64,000 nt of DNA from Oligoflexales bacterium. Lineage in GTDB: Bacteria > Bdellovibrionota_B > Oligoflexia > Oligoflexales > Bog-1112. The notes under the pieces are model-generated. The model had not been told where the DNA came from and ran no database searches. It saw only the letters and a program-made list of their open reading frames with translations. The first letter of the stretch is position 1. Every line of letters starts with the position of its first letter. The DNA is taken from positions 32,001-96,000 of the forward strand of contig JBGCDR010000156.1 in the NCBI GenBank assembly GCA_045105515.1, written 5' to 3'. Below are positions 8,882 to 19,633 of the stretch, in pieces. The translations under genes were made by a program, and so were the position numbers.

Positions 8882-10050
8882 AAAGCTGTTTCCCCAGTTA
8901 TCTGCGCTCCCATTATTAGCATATGAATATCATTGGTGCCTTCATAGGTGCTGACAGTTTCAAGGTTACACATGTGTCGCATTGTTTTATACTCATCCAT
9001 TATCCCATTTGCACCTAGAATATCCCTACAAGTTCGGGCGACATCCAATGCTAGCTCACAATTATTTTGTTTTGCTAAGCTTATTTGCGCGAAATGTAGG
9101 CCCTTTTGATTTTTAAGCTCACCAATGCGTTGAGCAAGAAGTTGACCTTGAGTGATTTTTGCAAGCATCAAGGCAAGTTTGCGCTGTACCAACTGCTTTG
9201 TTGATAGGGGCTTTCCAAACAATATTCGGTCTTTAACATAGGTGCACACTTCATCAAAGCAAGCCTCAGCAGCTCCTAATACCCCCCAAGAAATTCCATA
9301 CCTTGCTTGAGAAAGGCATGCAAGAGCACTTTTTAATCCATGCGCTTTTGGCAATACTGCATCCTTAGGCAACCTTACCTGATCAAAATATAGCTCAGAA
9401 CTGACCGAAGCTCTCAGAGAGAGTTTTCCTATCATTTTTTTAGCAGTAACTCCCGGAGAATCCATCGGCACTAAAAAACCACGAAAAGAGTCCGATGTTT
9501 TAGCCCATACTACGGCAATTTTTGCTAGGTTGCCATTGGTAATCCACATTTTAGACCCAGTGAGTAACCAATGATCTCCCTGGTCTTCTGCTCTTGTTTT
9601 CATTGCAGATGGATCAGAACCTCCTTGAGATTCAGTAAGCCCAAAACAACCAACTATTTCACCTTTTGCAAGCGGAGAAAGCCATTTTATTTTTTGTTCT
9701 TCACTACCAAAAGCATAGATGGGATACATAACTAAGGCTCCTTGTACAGAAGCAAAACTACGTAATCCAGAGTCACATCTTTCTAACTCTTTCATGACAA
9801 TACCATAGGAAATTTCATCCAAACCTGGTAAGCCATATCCCACTAAATTTGAGCCAAGTAGTCCAATCTCACCTAACCTGGGAATAAGGCTGCTTGGAAA
9901 GCTTTCTTCGCGATAAGCCTTTTGAATATAGGGCTCTGCTTCACGCTTGATAAACTCTCGGGTAGTACTCTCAATTGATTTCTGTTCCTCTGACCACAAG
10001 TCTTTAATAGATAAAAAGTCCGGAATAGGATTACTATGGGGACGGTTCAT
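8878..10050 (-). CDS. Acyl-CoA dehydrogenase, glutaryl-CoA dehydrogenase-like
   Basis: GCFGLTE..GSDP, GSKMWITN, LGANGI, TYEGT.DIH motifs. Confidence 0.9.
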   Translation of the reverse strand: MNRPHSNPIPDFLSIKDLWSEEQKSIESTTREFIKREAEPYIQKAYREESFPSSLIPRLGEIGLLGSNLVGYGLPGLDEISYGIVMKELERCDSGLRSFASVQGALVMYPIYAFGSEEQKIKWLSPLAKGEIVGCFGLTESQGGSDPSAMKTRAEDQGDHWLLTGSKMWITNGNLAKIAVVWAKTSDSFRGFLVPMDSPGVTAKKMIGKLSLRASVSSELYFDQVRLPKDAVLPKAHGLKSALACLSQARYGISWGVLGAAEACFDEVCTYVKDRILFGKPLSTKQLVQRKLALMLAKITQGQLLAQRIGELKNQKGLHFAQISLAKQNNCELALDVARTCRDILGANGIMDEYKTMRHMCNLETVSTYEGTNDIHMLIMGAQITGETAF

Positions 10051-10090
10051 TAGGAGGCTCCATTCTCAAGATCTTTGGATAAATCCTGGG

Positions 10091-10699
10091 TTAGCGACGA
10101 GCCCAGGCTACCGTAAAATTAGAGATCAAGAATAGAGCTAAGAGCATTAAAATCAAAGATAGAAAAATCCCCCCCTCGAGATAATACATCTTCAAATAAG
10201 TTAGAATGAGTAATAGAAATAATAAGCCTAGCAAACTAATAAGCTCAGAAACACCTAAATTTTTGCCAGGTTTCTGCGGTGGTAGTTGTCTTCCCTTTGG
10301 AAAAAATGGAATTAACTGTGGAAAAAAAAGCGCCACTTTTTCCTTCCTCCCTCCCATAAATTCCACACTTCTATACCGTTCACCTAATTGAATAAGTTGT
10401 TTACTGCAGAAAAAATAGAAAATCAAAGCAGGAACAAAACTATGAATATTCCCTGCGGCCAAACCTATTCCAAGTAAGATCATTAGTCCAGACACTTGTG
10501 TGGGGTATCTAACAAAATTTTGTGGCCCTACAATACCAACTCTATCAGAAAGAGGTACATAGACAGTCCAAATTCTAACCACAGCACCTAGAAAACAAAT
10601 AAAGCTACCTAACTTGAAAGAAGACAAGTTAGGCTCAGCAAGACAAACAATAAAAAACCAAAGACAGGGTTCAAACCAATAACGTAAGCGTATTTTCAT
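10091..10699 (-). CDS. Membrane protein, divergent ICMT/PEMT methyltransferase family
   Basis: Multiple TM helices; VRIW...GPQNFVRYP resembles the ICMT GPY..VRHP motif. Confidence 0.5.
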   Translation of the reverse strand: MKIRLRYWFEPCLWFFIVCLAEPNLSSFKLGSFICFLGAVVRIWTVYVPLSDRVGIVGPQNFVRYPTQVSGLMILLGIGLAAGNIHSFVPALIFYFFCSKQLIQLGERYRSVEFMGGRKEKVALFFPQLIPFFPKGRQLPPQKPGKNLGVSELISLLGLLFLLLILTYLKMYYLEGGIFLSLILMLLALFLISNFTVAWARR

Positions 10700-10720
10700 A
10701 AAAAAACCTTGATAGAGAAT

Positions 10721-11590
10721 CTACAGGGTCATTTTATCATCAAATCGCCAGCGCTTATAATTCCAGCACCATTGTTCTGGATAAGCTTTGATAACATGCT
10801 CAATTTCTTGAGCCATAATCTGAGTTAGGACTTGGATATCACTGCATTCTTGCCCAATATCAAGAATTTTTTTAGTAATAATACGGTACCGCAACTTACC
10901 AACTCTCACACAAAACACAGCAATTATCGGATTTTTAAATTTTATGGCCATTTGAGCAGGGCCTCCAACAAATTCAGTTTTTTGGCCCCAAAATTCCACC
11001 TTCGGCCCACGTCGGCCCATTGGCTTTTGGTCCATAACAAAACCCAGCCACGAACCCTCTTTAAGAGCTTTGATCATATTTTTTTGAGCAGACACTCCAG
11101 AAGTCCAAAGTACCAATATTTTCATCTTCGACCGGATTCGATCTAATATTTCTGTGGCTATCTTATATTTTGATGGTTTTGCGAGAGCATAGAACTTACA
11201 TTGGGCCATTCTCGAGCTTAAATAGCCAACAAGCTCCCAACTCCCAAGATGAGCAGTTACTAAGATTTGACCCTGTTTGTTCTTTTCCAAGGAACTAATT
11301 TCTGCGCCAAACTCTTCCATACCTTCGAAGGTGATACACCCAGGAAAAAGGACCTCCAGAAGTGTTTCAAAGGCAATTATGATCTGACTATGATAAACCT
11401 GCCTGATGAACATATTTGCGAAAGTTGATTTTGGTCTTAGAGACCAAATTCGTTCGAGGTTGTCCTCAAACCATTTAGTCTCTTTGCGACTGAAGCAGCT
11501 CCTTAGCATTGATAGAAAATTTGCACTCAAAGAAATGAAACCGAAGAGCAATGGAGGCAATTTGGAGGGTGAGGGTAGGTCTTTATTCAA
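10721..11590 (-). CDS. Lipid A biosynthesis/lysophospholipid acyltransferase (LpxL/HtrB family)
   Basis: TAHLGSWE, MDQ, PEQWCWNYKRW motifs. Confidence 0.85.
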   Translation of the reverse strand: MNKDLPSPSKLPPLLFGFISLSANFLSMLRSCFSRKETKWFEDNLERIWSLRPKSTFANMFIRQVYHSQIIIAFETLLEVLFPGCITFEGMEEFGAEISSLEKNKQGQILVTAHLGSWELVGYLSSRMAQCKFYALAKPSKYKIATEILDRIRSKMKILVLWTSGVSAQKNMIKALKEGSWLGFVMDQKPMGRRGPKVEFWGQKTEFVGGPAQMAIKFKNPIIAVFCVRVGKLRYRIITKKILDIGQECSDIQVLTQIMAQEIEHVIKAYPEQWCWNYKRWRFDDKMTL

Positions 11591-12518
11591 AGTCGGCTCC
11601 TAAGGCTTCTAATCTCTTCAGCTGAGCCTCTTCGAAAAATTCTCTAGCTTTGTACGAACTCCTTACCAGAGGTCCACAAACTACTCCCAAAAATCCAAGA
11701 TCTTTTGCAGTATCCTCTAACTCTCTAAAAACCTCGGGCGCAACCCATTCCTTAACGCTCAAATGTTTTCGGGTTGGGCGCATATACTGACCAATCGTTA
11801 ATAAATCAACACCAGCTTCCCTCAAGTCCTTCATACTCTTGACAACTTCCGAACTTTTTTCTCCTAAACCTAACATCAGAGCACTTTTAGTTAGGACTGG
11901 GTAACTGGCAAGTTCTTTAGCGGCAGCTAAGCTTTTTAATGACTGAAAATATGAAGCTCTTGCATCCCTTACCCTGGGAGTCAGACGCTCGACCGTTTCC
12001 AAGTTATGAGCATAAACCTCAGGTCGAGCGCAAAGAATAGTCTCAAGAGCTGAGTGTAAGCCTCGGAAGTCTCCTGCTAACAGTTCTACTTTGATGCCAG
12101 GATTTTCAACTTTTACTTCGTCAATCACCTTTGTCACATGGCTAGCTCCCCCATCGGCCAAGTCATCACGATCAACCATTGTAATAACCACATAACGTAA
12201 TTGCATAATTTGACTGCTTTTTGCTACCTGGGCTGGCTCCTGAAGATCAAGAAAACCTTCGGGATTCCCTGTTTTGACATTGCAGAATCGGCAAGCTCTA
12301 GTGCAGGTATCACCTAAAACCATAAAAGTTGCTGTTTTGGTATTCCAACATTCGCCAATATTGGGGCATTTTGCTTCTTCACATACAGTAACGAGCTTTC
12401 GAGACCTTAGGTCTTTTTTAATGTCAAAATAAACCTGACCTGTGGGAATTTTTGTTTTTAACCACGCAGGTTTATTAATATGGAGATCTTTTGCCTTGTT
12501 TTTAGAAACTTCTGTCAT
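11583..12518 (-). CDS. lipA: Lipoyl synthase
   Basis: CEEAKCPNIGEC, CTRACRFC, VRSSY. Confidence 0.97.
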   Translation of the reverse strand: MTEVSKNKAKDLHINKPAWLKTKIPTGQVYFDIKKDLRSRKLVTVCEEAKCPNIGECWNTKTATFMVLGDTCTRACRFCNVKTGNPEGFLDLQEPAQVAKSSQIMQLRYVVITMVDRDDLADGGASHVTKVIDEVKVENPGIKVELLAGDFRGLHSALETILCARPEVYAHNLETVERLTPRVRDARASYFQSLKSLAAAKELASYPVLTKSALMLGLGEKSSEVVKSMKDLREAGVDLLTIGQYMRPTRKHLSVKEWVAPEVFRELEDTAKDLGFLGVVCGPLVRSSYKAREFFEEAQLKRLEALGADFE

Positions 12519-12853
12519 TCTACACCCCTTAATATGCAGTCAGGTCAACATCTTAAGCCAACAAGGTTACTTGATGAGGCATCATAATGATTTGCAGTAA
12601 GCTTGACCATAGCTTTTTACTTTTATCAAAAAATTCGAAAGGCAGCACAAATCGCTCAACGGTTGAACCTTAGCTAAACACCTTTTGATTTTATACCATT
12701 TTTTATATTGATATTAAGCTCTAATATTAGGAACTTATTGCTGACTTCTTCGCAATGGTTGCTGTTTTTCTAAAGCTAGTCTAAGTTAAACTCCGACGGC
12801 ACTATTTGTAGGCAGAATTTAATTGACGCTCTCTCGAGAAGGAATCTTTTTTC

Positions 12854-14260
12854 ATGAACTCAGAAAAAGTTCGAAAATTTGATGTGGTCATCATTGGTAG
12901 TGGACCAGGTGGTGAAGGGGCGGCGATGCAAGCTGCAAAACAGGGACTTAAAACCGTCATAATTGAGAAATTTCACCAAGTAGGTGGGAGCTGCACCCAC
13001 CAAGGAACCATTCCTTCAAAAGCCCTCAGACAAGTTGCTTACAGGTTAACAACCTTGCAGTCCGACTCGATATTTAGCAGTATTATCGACAGTGGAAGCC
13101 TGTCTTTCTCTGATTTACTCAAACGAGCAAAAACAGTGATCGCAAAGCAAGTACAGATGCGAACCAACCACTATCTAAGAAATGAAATTGAGGTCATCCA
13201 TGGAAATGCTACGCTAATAGATGAGCATACAATTGAAATAGAAGTATTAGATGGTAAAAGAGTTCTGGTTTCTGGTAAGCACGTAATTCTTGCAACTGGA
13301 TCAAGACCATTTCAGCCTAATAATATTGATTTTTCGCACCCTAGAATTTTCGACTCTGACTCCATCTTGACTTTAGACATTAAACCAAGAACTGTGACTG
13401 TTTATGGCGCTGGAGTTATTGGCTGTGAGTACACCAGTATATTTAGAGCACTAGGAAAAAAAGTAAACCTAATCAATACCCGCTCTAGTTTGTTAAGCTT
13501 TTTAGACGACGAAATCTCTGATGCCTTATCGTACCATTTACGCGATCAAGGAGTTCTTATTCGAAACAATGAGGAACTCGAGAATTTGGAAACCTTAGAT
13601 GATGGTGTTATTGCTCAGCTAAAATCAGGTAAACGTATTCGATCTGACATTATCTTGTTTGCTACCGGCCGCACTGGCAACTCAGAGAATCTGGGCTTAG
13701 AAGAATTGAAAATTGAGAGAAATAGTCGGGGGCATATCAAAGTTAACGAACACTGCCAAACAAGTCGCTCTCACATTTATGCTGTGGGGGATTTAACTGG
13801 TTTTCCTTCTCTAGCAAGCTCCGCTTATGATCAAGGTAGATTTGCTGCGTGTCATATTCTCAACCCAGACTGTGACGATTCTTTAGTCAAAGATATCCCA
13901 GTAGGGATATATACGAGTCCAGAAATTTCTTGCATCGGAAAAACAGAAAAAGAGCTGACCGACATGAAAATCCCATATGAGGTTGGGCATTCTTCTTTTC
14001 GTCATCTTGCAAGGGCACAAATCACCGGTCAAACAGTAGGAATGCTTAAAATTTTATTTCATTCGGAGACTTTGCAAATCCTTGGGATACATTGCTTTGG
14101 TCAAAATGCTGCGGAAATTGTTCACATTGGTCAAGCAATTATGTGTCAAGATGACGAATCAAACTCACTTAAGTACTTCATAAATACCACGTTCAACTAC
14201 CCTACTATGGCTGAAGCTTACAGGGTTGCAGCTCTTAATGGTATAAACCGTTTATGCTAG
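12854..14260 (+). CDS. sthA: Soluble pyridine nucleotide transhydrogenase
   Basis: [23 protein letters not shown] with a single Cys; C-terminal [20 protein letters not shown]. Confidence 0.93.
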   Translation: MNSEKVRKFDVVIIGSGPGGEGAAMQAAKQGLKTVIIEKFHQVGGSCTHQGTIPSKALRQVAYRLTTLQSDSIFSSIIDSGSLSFSDLLKRAKTVIAKQVQMRTNHYLRNEIEVIHGNATLIDEHTIEIEVLDGKRVLVSGKHVILATGSRPFQPNNIDFSHPRIFDSDSILTLDIKPRTVTVYGAGVIGCEYTSIFRALGKKVNLINTRSSLLSFLDDEISDALSYHLRDQGVLIRNNEELENLETLDDGVIAQLKSGKRIRSDIILFATGRTGNSENLGLEELKIERNSRGHIKVNEHCQTSRSHIYAVGDLTGFPSLASSAYDQGRFAACHILNPDCDDSLVKDIPVGIYTSPEISCIGKTEKELTDMKIPYEVGHSSFRHLARAQITGQTVGMLKILFHSETLQILGIHCFGQNAAEIVHIGQAIMCQDDESNSLKYFINTTFNYPTMAEAYRVAALNGINRLC

Positions 14261-14553
14261 TCACACTCAGAATTTAGATTCCTCATATTCGGATGAACTA
14301 GCCAATGTAACTGAGGCCAGAAACAAGTATCCGCAAAATTAGCATGTTTTAACACAAACTAGATCTTACGATATTTCAAAAGAATCTACCAGGGTCTTAA
14401 AATGTAAGCAACTTTTAAATTATCAGATCTAAAACTGGAAAATCTCGAATTTTCAGGAAACAAAATCAGATCATTGGATGGGTTTTCCACTTGAATTTTC
14501 TTGATTTGCATAAAGACAATAAAAAATTGGTATACTCGGAGATTATTTATCAT

Positions 14554-15663
14554 TTATTCTACTTGGTTTAATCTGAATTCACTGCAGTCTAGATTGTGTA
14601 CGTTTTCGCTCAAACCATCTGGGCCAATATAATCATTCAAAAGTACATTATAGTCTCCCTCTTGTTTACACTTTTGATAAGTTTTCCAAGGCTCCAACGC
14701 GCACGGAGAATGTATCTGAAGTGAGCCATTGGACTTCTTCTTGACCACCTTGAGACAAGCATTCATATTATTATTTGGTCCAATATAAATTTCTTCATTA
14801 GGTGTAATCGATCCAGGAGCTGGTGTATCATCTTCAAATTTTGACGGGTCCGATTTCCTTTTCTCATGATAATTTTCTATTTCATTACTGCACTTACATG
14901 TTGAGGGAGAAAGTCCTCCACCTTTTTCCGGGCAATAAAGCATTGGACCATCCAGTATCCCTAGATTTCTTGCACCATACTTTACCCAAGTCTGCTTTTT
15001 ATTCATGTCCCTAGATATTTCTACATCTTGCTCTGAGCAGTAGACAAAATACCATTTATTGTTGCTCATTACTACAAGCGTATTTGGTGCATATTTTATA
15101 TCATCTTCATTAATATCAAATTGATTTTCGTTGGGAAGCTCACAGGTGTCATGTCCTGGCTGATCAATATCGTTTTCAATCACAAATGTAAAGCCATGCC
15201 CATTGCTATCTTTCTCTTCCTTCTCTCCATTCTGATTCACACACACGAGATTTTCGGCACACTCAAGACTATTATCACAATCTCCCTCCCCTTGCCTAAG
15301 TAACGGAAGGCCTGCATCGTCTGTCTCTGTGAAATCTTTCAAATCAGATTCTTGTATCGATGTATCTTTTGAACCTAGATCTTCAATCAATTTATCTTCC
15401 GAATCCGGAACTTCCATCGGAATATCTTCTGAATCAGAGTCTACCATCAATGTTTCTTCTAAATCAGGGTCTTCAATCGTATCAGATGATTCGAGGTCAG
15501 TTGAAGGGTTAGATAGATCTGTTGAAATATTTTCACTTGTAACTTTTTTGATTGAATCAGACTTCAGTTCTGATTCGCCACATGAAATCTGGGTAATGAT
15601 ACCGATTAATATCAGAATATTCCGAAATAATCGAAATTGTATGGGTATCGCAAGCATATCCAA
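14554..15663 (-). CDS. Hypothetical lipoprotein with acidic linker and Cys-rich domain
   Basis: Lipobox-like QISC; D/E/S-rich linker; GEGDCDNSLECAENLVC motif; start codon uncertain. Confidence 0.65.
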   Translation of the reverse strand: MDMLAIPIQFRLFRNILILIGIITQISCGESELKSDSIKKVTSENISTDLSNPSTDLESSDTIEDPDLEETLMVDSDSEDIPMEVPDSEDKLIEDLGSKDTSIQESDLKDFTETDDAGLPLLRQGEGDCDNSLECAENLVCVNQNGEKEEKDSNGHGFTFVIENDIDQPGHDTCELPNENQFDINEDDIKYAPNTLVVMSNNKWYFVYCSEQDVEISRDMNKKQTWVKYGARNLGILDGPMLYCPEKGGGLSPSTCKCSNEIENYHEKRKSDPSKFEDDTPAPGSITPNEEIYIGPNNNMNACLKVVKKKSNGSLQIHSPCALEPWKTYQKCKQEGDYNVLLNDYIGPDGLSENVHNLDCSEFRLNQVE

Positions 15664-15932
15664 GCACTCCTCTTATATTATAGACGATCGTCCTTTATTA
15701 TAGGATAAATTAATTTTGAGCTTAACTACTTAAGATTAATAAGTTAGTTACAATTTTTAATTTCTCTTGTTACTTCTTAAAAGTCGGGGTATCGAACCCT
15801 GCAATTCGCTACAGTCCCACGCTTCTGAGTGACTTTTCGCTGCTTTAGCTCTTGTGCTGCTACAATTGATTTATCGCTAGAGTTTAATTCAAGTGACTTA
15901 TTTGAAACAGAATCATAAACGTTTTATGCTAT

Positions 15933-16832
15933 TCATTGCATAAAATTTAGCAAAGATGGTTGGAGTAGTTTATTCGAGGCAAGCAATGTGCTCTGAAGCA
16001 CAGCTTCGGTCCTTTTGAAGTCAGATGTTGCTTTGTAGATATCGGCATCTTCAATTTTTGATAGGAAAGTGTTTTTTTGTAGTTCATCATAATCGAGCTT
16101 TTGATCAGCTTCTTCGATTGCTTTCCAAGTGGCACCGACACTAGCTTGGAAACTTGATAATTTATCTAATTGGAAACTAAATTCACCAATGCTCTTGTAA
16201 ATAGCTTCTTTGTCGTCATGATTTAGACCATGTAATAGCAGACCAAGCGCATCTAACAGATTAAAGTGTCCTTCTTGACGTTCATCAGGGTTAGCTTCAA
16301 AAAGCTCTCTACCAGGTATATTAATGCGTTTATATTGTTCCTCACCAATTTGTAGAAAGATCTGTCCATCATCCCCTAAAAAATTTCCATCTAAATCGAC
16401 AGCGGGAGACAAACTACGAAACCCTGAAAAAACGTACTTAGCCCCATACTTACTATTTGCAAGTGAGCTTACTTCATTCATGATTTCTTTAACTTCCTTC
16501 GCTGTTATGCCGCGATTTATCCCATCATAAGTATCGTTTGCCATCGAAATCGCTAACTCTTGAGCTCTTTCAATCCTCTGATGCAAATTAGAAATTGCAG
16601 TTTCAGTAACGTCCAAGAAGCCTTTTGAGTAGTCGATATTCTCTTTATAGGATTTGATCTCAGACAAACGATCTTTGAGTTTAAGACTTCGAACAACCCC
16701 AATAGGATCATCATGAAGCTTGTTAATTCGTTTTTGAGTTGAGAGAATATCGAGAGCCTGGGTATTATTAGTTCGCCCTTTATCAATTCGACGATTTGCA
16801 ACCCAATATTTTTGTCTTTCAGAAATGCGCAT
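15933..16832 (-). CDS. flgL: Flagellar hook-associated protein 3
   Basis: MRIS start, KRINKLHDDP, YVFSGF, C-terminal PSLLNF; follows flgK. Confidence 0.92.
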   Translation of the reverse strand: MRISERQKYWVANRRIDKGRTNNTQALDILSTQKRINKLHDDPIGVVRSLKLKDRLSEIKSYKENIDYSKGFLDVTETAISNLHQRIERAQELAISMANDTYDGINRGITAKEVKEIMNEVSSLANSKYGAKYVFSGFRSLSPAVDLDGNFLGDDGQIFLQIGEEQYKRINIPGRELFEANPDERQEGHFNLLDALGLLLHGLNHDDKEAIYKSIGEFSFQLDKLSSFQASVGATWKAIEEADQKLDYDELQKNTFLSKIEDADIYKATSDFKRTEAVLQSTLLASNKLLQPSLLNFMQ

Positions 16833-16843
16833 TCAAAGAACCT

Positions 16844-18268
16844 TTAGCGTTTCAAGTTTAATACTGTTTGCAACATCTCATCTACTGTAGTCACAACTTT
16901 TGAAGATGCAGTAAACGCTGTCTGCCAGCGTATAAGATTAGTGGCCTCTTCATCTAACGAGACACCTGATACTGCCTCGCGTCTAGACTGTAAATCTGCC
17001 ATTATAATTTGATCGGATTCGTTAACTTGTTTTACTCTTACGGTCTCCATCCCCAAGACGCCGACATAGTCGGCATAATACTCATTTAGAGTTGCGTCAG
17101 TATCGGTAAACACCTTGCTAGACTGTATTCTAGCGATGTTGTTTGCTACAACGTTATCACCAGGAGAATTTTGTAGGCTTGAAGCTGAAATTGCATCTGT
17201 GGAATTTAGTACATGCAAGGAGAGCTTGATATTTTGTGCGGCAAATTTAGGATCTGAAATCGACTCAAAAAAGTTCCTACCATTAGTATTTCTAAATTGT
17301 TCTAATCCAAAGCCTCTTCTATGATTGCCATTCACCAAGTCGACAAACTTTGTTGCCATTTCATTGTTACTTTCAAGCAAGCTCGAAGAAACTACATCGC
17401 GAATGTTAATCAAACCCTTGAGCCGGCCACCGTTCACTGACTCAGTAATATTTCTCTCCGAGCTATCTTCAGAGTCTACTACTATAAGATCAAATAGCCC
17501 TTGGTTGTTTCCATTTTGCCTTACTTTAATACTAGCAGCTCGCCCACGATCAATAAGTTGTACCCCTCCCGGTCCATGAATAGTAACCATGCCATCAGCA
17601 TCTTCATAGTAGTTCATGTCAATTATATTACTAAGCTTTCGAACTAAACGATCCCTTTGATCTCGAAGGTCATTAGAGGGATTTCGCACTCCTACCTCAG
17701 TTTGCCTAATTTGGTCATTTAGATTAGCAATGGTCGAGACGGTTTCACTTGCTTCTTCTGCGGTCATTTTTATATATTCATTGATCCCTTGTCTTTGCCT
17801 TCTAAGCTCCGAATCGATGCGACGAAAGGAATCTGCAATATTTTCACCTTGTTCTTTTACTTGAGTTCGAACAGTTAACTCTTCAGGATATTTAGATAAA
17901 TTTTGCCAAGAAGAAAAGAAGTTGTTTAATTGGTCTGCTAAGCTACTATTAAGTTCAGGGCTAAAGATTTCCCCCAACCTTGTCAGCGAATCCATTCTCG
18001 CTTCACTATCTCCAACATCGTTATGCGCTAGATTTACCTGCCGCTCAATGAACTTATTATGAAAGCGCTCTATGGAACCTACATAGACACCATTACCAAT
18101 CAAAAGACCCGCCTTTTCCATTGGGTCTCTTTGACTCAATCTCACTCGTTGTCTCGAATACCCTTCGGTTTGCGCATTGGAAATGTTATGAGCGGTAGTA
18201 TCAATACCTTGACGGTTTGCATAAAGTGATTCGGAACCTATATTTAGGGAATGAAACAACCCTGCCAT
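16844..18268 (-). CDS. flgK: Flagellar hook-associated protein 1
   Basis: TAHNISNAQTEGYSRQRV; SGVSLDEE. Confidence 0.95.
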   Translation of the reverse strand: MAGLFHSLNIGSESLYANRQGIDTTAHNISNAQTEGYSRQRVRLSQRDPMEKAGLLIGNGVYVGSIERFHNKFIERQVNLAHNDVGDSEARMDSLTRLGEIFSPELNSSLADQLNNFFSSWQNLSKYPEELTVRTQVKEQGENIADSFRRIDSELRRQRQGINEYIKMTAEEASETVSTIANLNDQIRQTEVGVRNPSNDLRDQRDRLVRKLSNIIDMNYYEDADGMVTIHGPGGVQLIDRGRAASIKVRQNGNNQGLFDLIVVDSEDSSERNITESVNGGRLKGLINIRDVVSSSLLESNNEMATKFVDLVNGNHRRGFGLEQFRNTNGRNFFESISDPKFAAQNIKLSLHVLNSTDAISASSLQNSPGDNVVANNIARIQSSKVFTDTDATLNEYYADYVGVLGMETVRVKQVNESDQIIMADLQSRREAVSGVSLDEEATNLIRWQTAFTASSKVVTTVDEMLQTVLNLKR

Positions 18269-18275
18269 AATCTAC

Positions 18276-18836
18276 CTACGCTTTTGCAAATAACTGTGAG
18301 ATTGTTGACTGATTTTTTTTGGCTCCTCTAGAATTATAATTCGAACTATTTTCTTTCTTAAGTTCACTCCAAAAGCGGTAGCTTTCCTGGTGATGATGGA
18401 GAAGCCTTGCAATAATAAACCTATTTTTCTCTATCTTGGGTTTGATCTCTTGATAGAGTGATATCAATTGATCTAATGATCTAATTATCTTGCTCAAAAG
18501 TTCTACTAACACTTGATTTTTAGCGACTATTTGCTTTATAAAATCAGTAAGGTAGTCTTTGATTTCAGTAAAGGAACTCAAGGAGATGTTCTGAGATTCA
18601 GACAACTGACTACAAAAATAAACTAAATTCGACAAACTTTCCTGTAGACCAGATAAGAGTTCATGCTTCTTAGCTCCTACTTTTTCCAAACTTAAAATAT
18701 CATGCTGTATGACAGCTTTCTCCTCTTTAGCAAAAATTTCAGGAAATGAGAGAGCATATTTTTCAAGTTTTTTAAGTTCACCATCGATACACTTCAAGAC
18801 AGAATGAGCATTTACTCGTACCATAATTACACCCAT
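18276..18836 (-). CDS. flgN: Flagellar export chaperone FlgN-like
   Basis: Helical protein between flgM and flgK with a C-terminal Y...G pattern (YNSRG). Confidence 0.65.
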   Translation of the reverse strand: MGVIMVRVNAHSVLKCIDGELKKLEKYALSFPEIFAKEEKAVIQHDILSLEKVGAKKHELLSGLQESLSNLVYFCSQLSESQNISLSSFTEIKDYLTDFIKQIVAKNQVLVELLSKIIRSLDQLISLYQEIKPKIEKNRFIIARLLHHHQESYRFWSELKKENSSNYNSRGAKKNQSTISQLFAKA

Positions 18837-18847
18837 TTATTTCACCA

Positions 18848-19189
18848 TCAATCACTTGAGGCTAGGTGGTCACGGATCGCTTCTTTTAGAATTCCATCTG
18901 CTATTTTTCCAGAGTCAACCTGGTATGTACCATTTTGAATTTTTGCCTTCAACTCAGCAATCTTTTTTTCGCGAACACCTGGTGTTGCCTTTGCAATGTC
19001 ATATGCTTTTTTATGTTGACTCCTCATTGCCCTAGACTTACTTGACAGATCGACATCATAGCTACTGCCTGTGGCTTTGTGCGTTTTACCGTCTGCTTCT
19101 CTAGTACGCTGAGAACCTTTTCCAACTTTCTCAGGGCCTAGGGTAGCTAATTGCCCATTTAAATGGTCATTCTTGGAAACTTTATTCAT
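18848..19189 (-). CDS. flgM: Anti-sigma28 factor
   Basis: VDLS...VREKKIAELKAKIQNGTYQVDSGKIADGIL. Confidence 0.92.
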   Translation of the reverse strand: MNKVSKNDHLNGQLATLGPEKVGKGSQRTREADGKTHKATGSSYDVDLSSKSRAMRSQHKKAYDIAKATPGVREKKIAELKAKIQNGTYQVDSGKIADGILKEAIRDHLASSD

Positions 19190-19216
19190 AAAATCCTCCT
19201 ATACTTTTACTTTCAA

Positions 19217-19624
19217 TTATTTTATGGGTGGCTTTGCCATTTTATAGGCTTCCATTGCATGATTTTTCTTTATCGTATTTGCTGTAGAACGGGAAACATC
19301 CGATATTTTGGTCAATTGATCAGCAATCATCTTGGCAAAACCAGTTTGATCCTGCTTGGCAATCAGTTTTGCATATTCACTATCTAACATACTTTGATAC
19401 ATATCTTCCGCATGCCCTCCTCCTATGAACTCCGATTTAACAACCGATTTGCGCATACTCTGTAGAACAGTATCAAAGAACAGCGAACTAAAGTCCTTAG
19501 CAACACCTAGGAGGCCTGATTCCTCTCCCTTGACTTTAGTACTTACTGTACCATTATTCCTCAAAGGAGTATTAGGTAATTTCTGCCCGATTTCTTTTGT
19601 AATAGTTTTCATATTCACCAACAA
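19217..19624 (-). CDS. flgJ: FlgJ rod-binding domain only (no muramidase)
   Basis: AKDFSSLF...SMRKSV...MYQSMLDSEYA...GFAKMI. Confidence 0.85.
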   Translation of the reverse strand: MLVNMKTITKEIGQKLPNTPLRNNGTVSTKVKGEESGLLGVAKDFSSLFFDTVLQSMRKSVVKSEFIGGGHAEDMYQSMLDSEYAKLIAKQDQTGFAKMIADQLTKISDVSRSTANTIKKNHAMEAYKMAKPPIK

Positions 19625-19633
19625 TTCCCCATA

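Noticed and set aside
15685..15713. FliA-like promoter upstream of the Cys-rich lipoprotein
   Set aside because: Weak -35 and N16 spacing; not enough support to call
15784..15805. tRNA gene suggested by GGGTTCGATACCC
   Set aside because: T-stem is mismatched, with no D arm, acceptor stem or CCA; kept only as a low-interest structure
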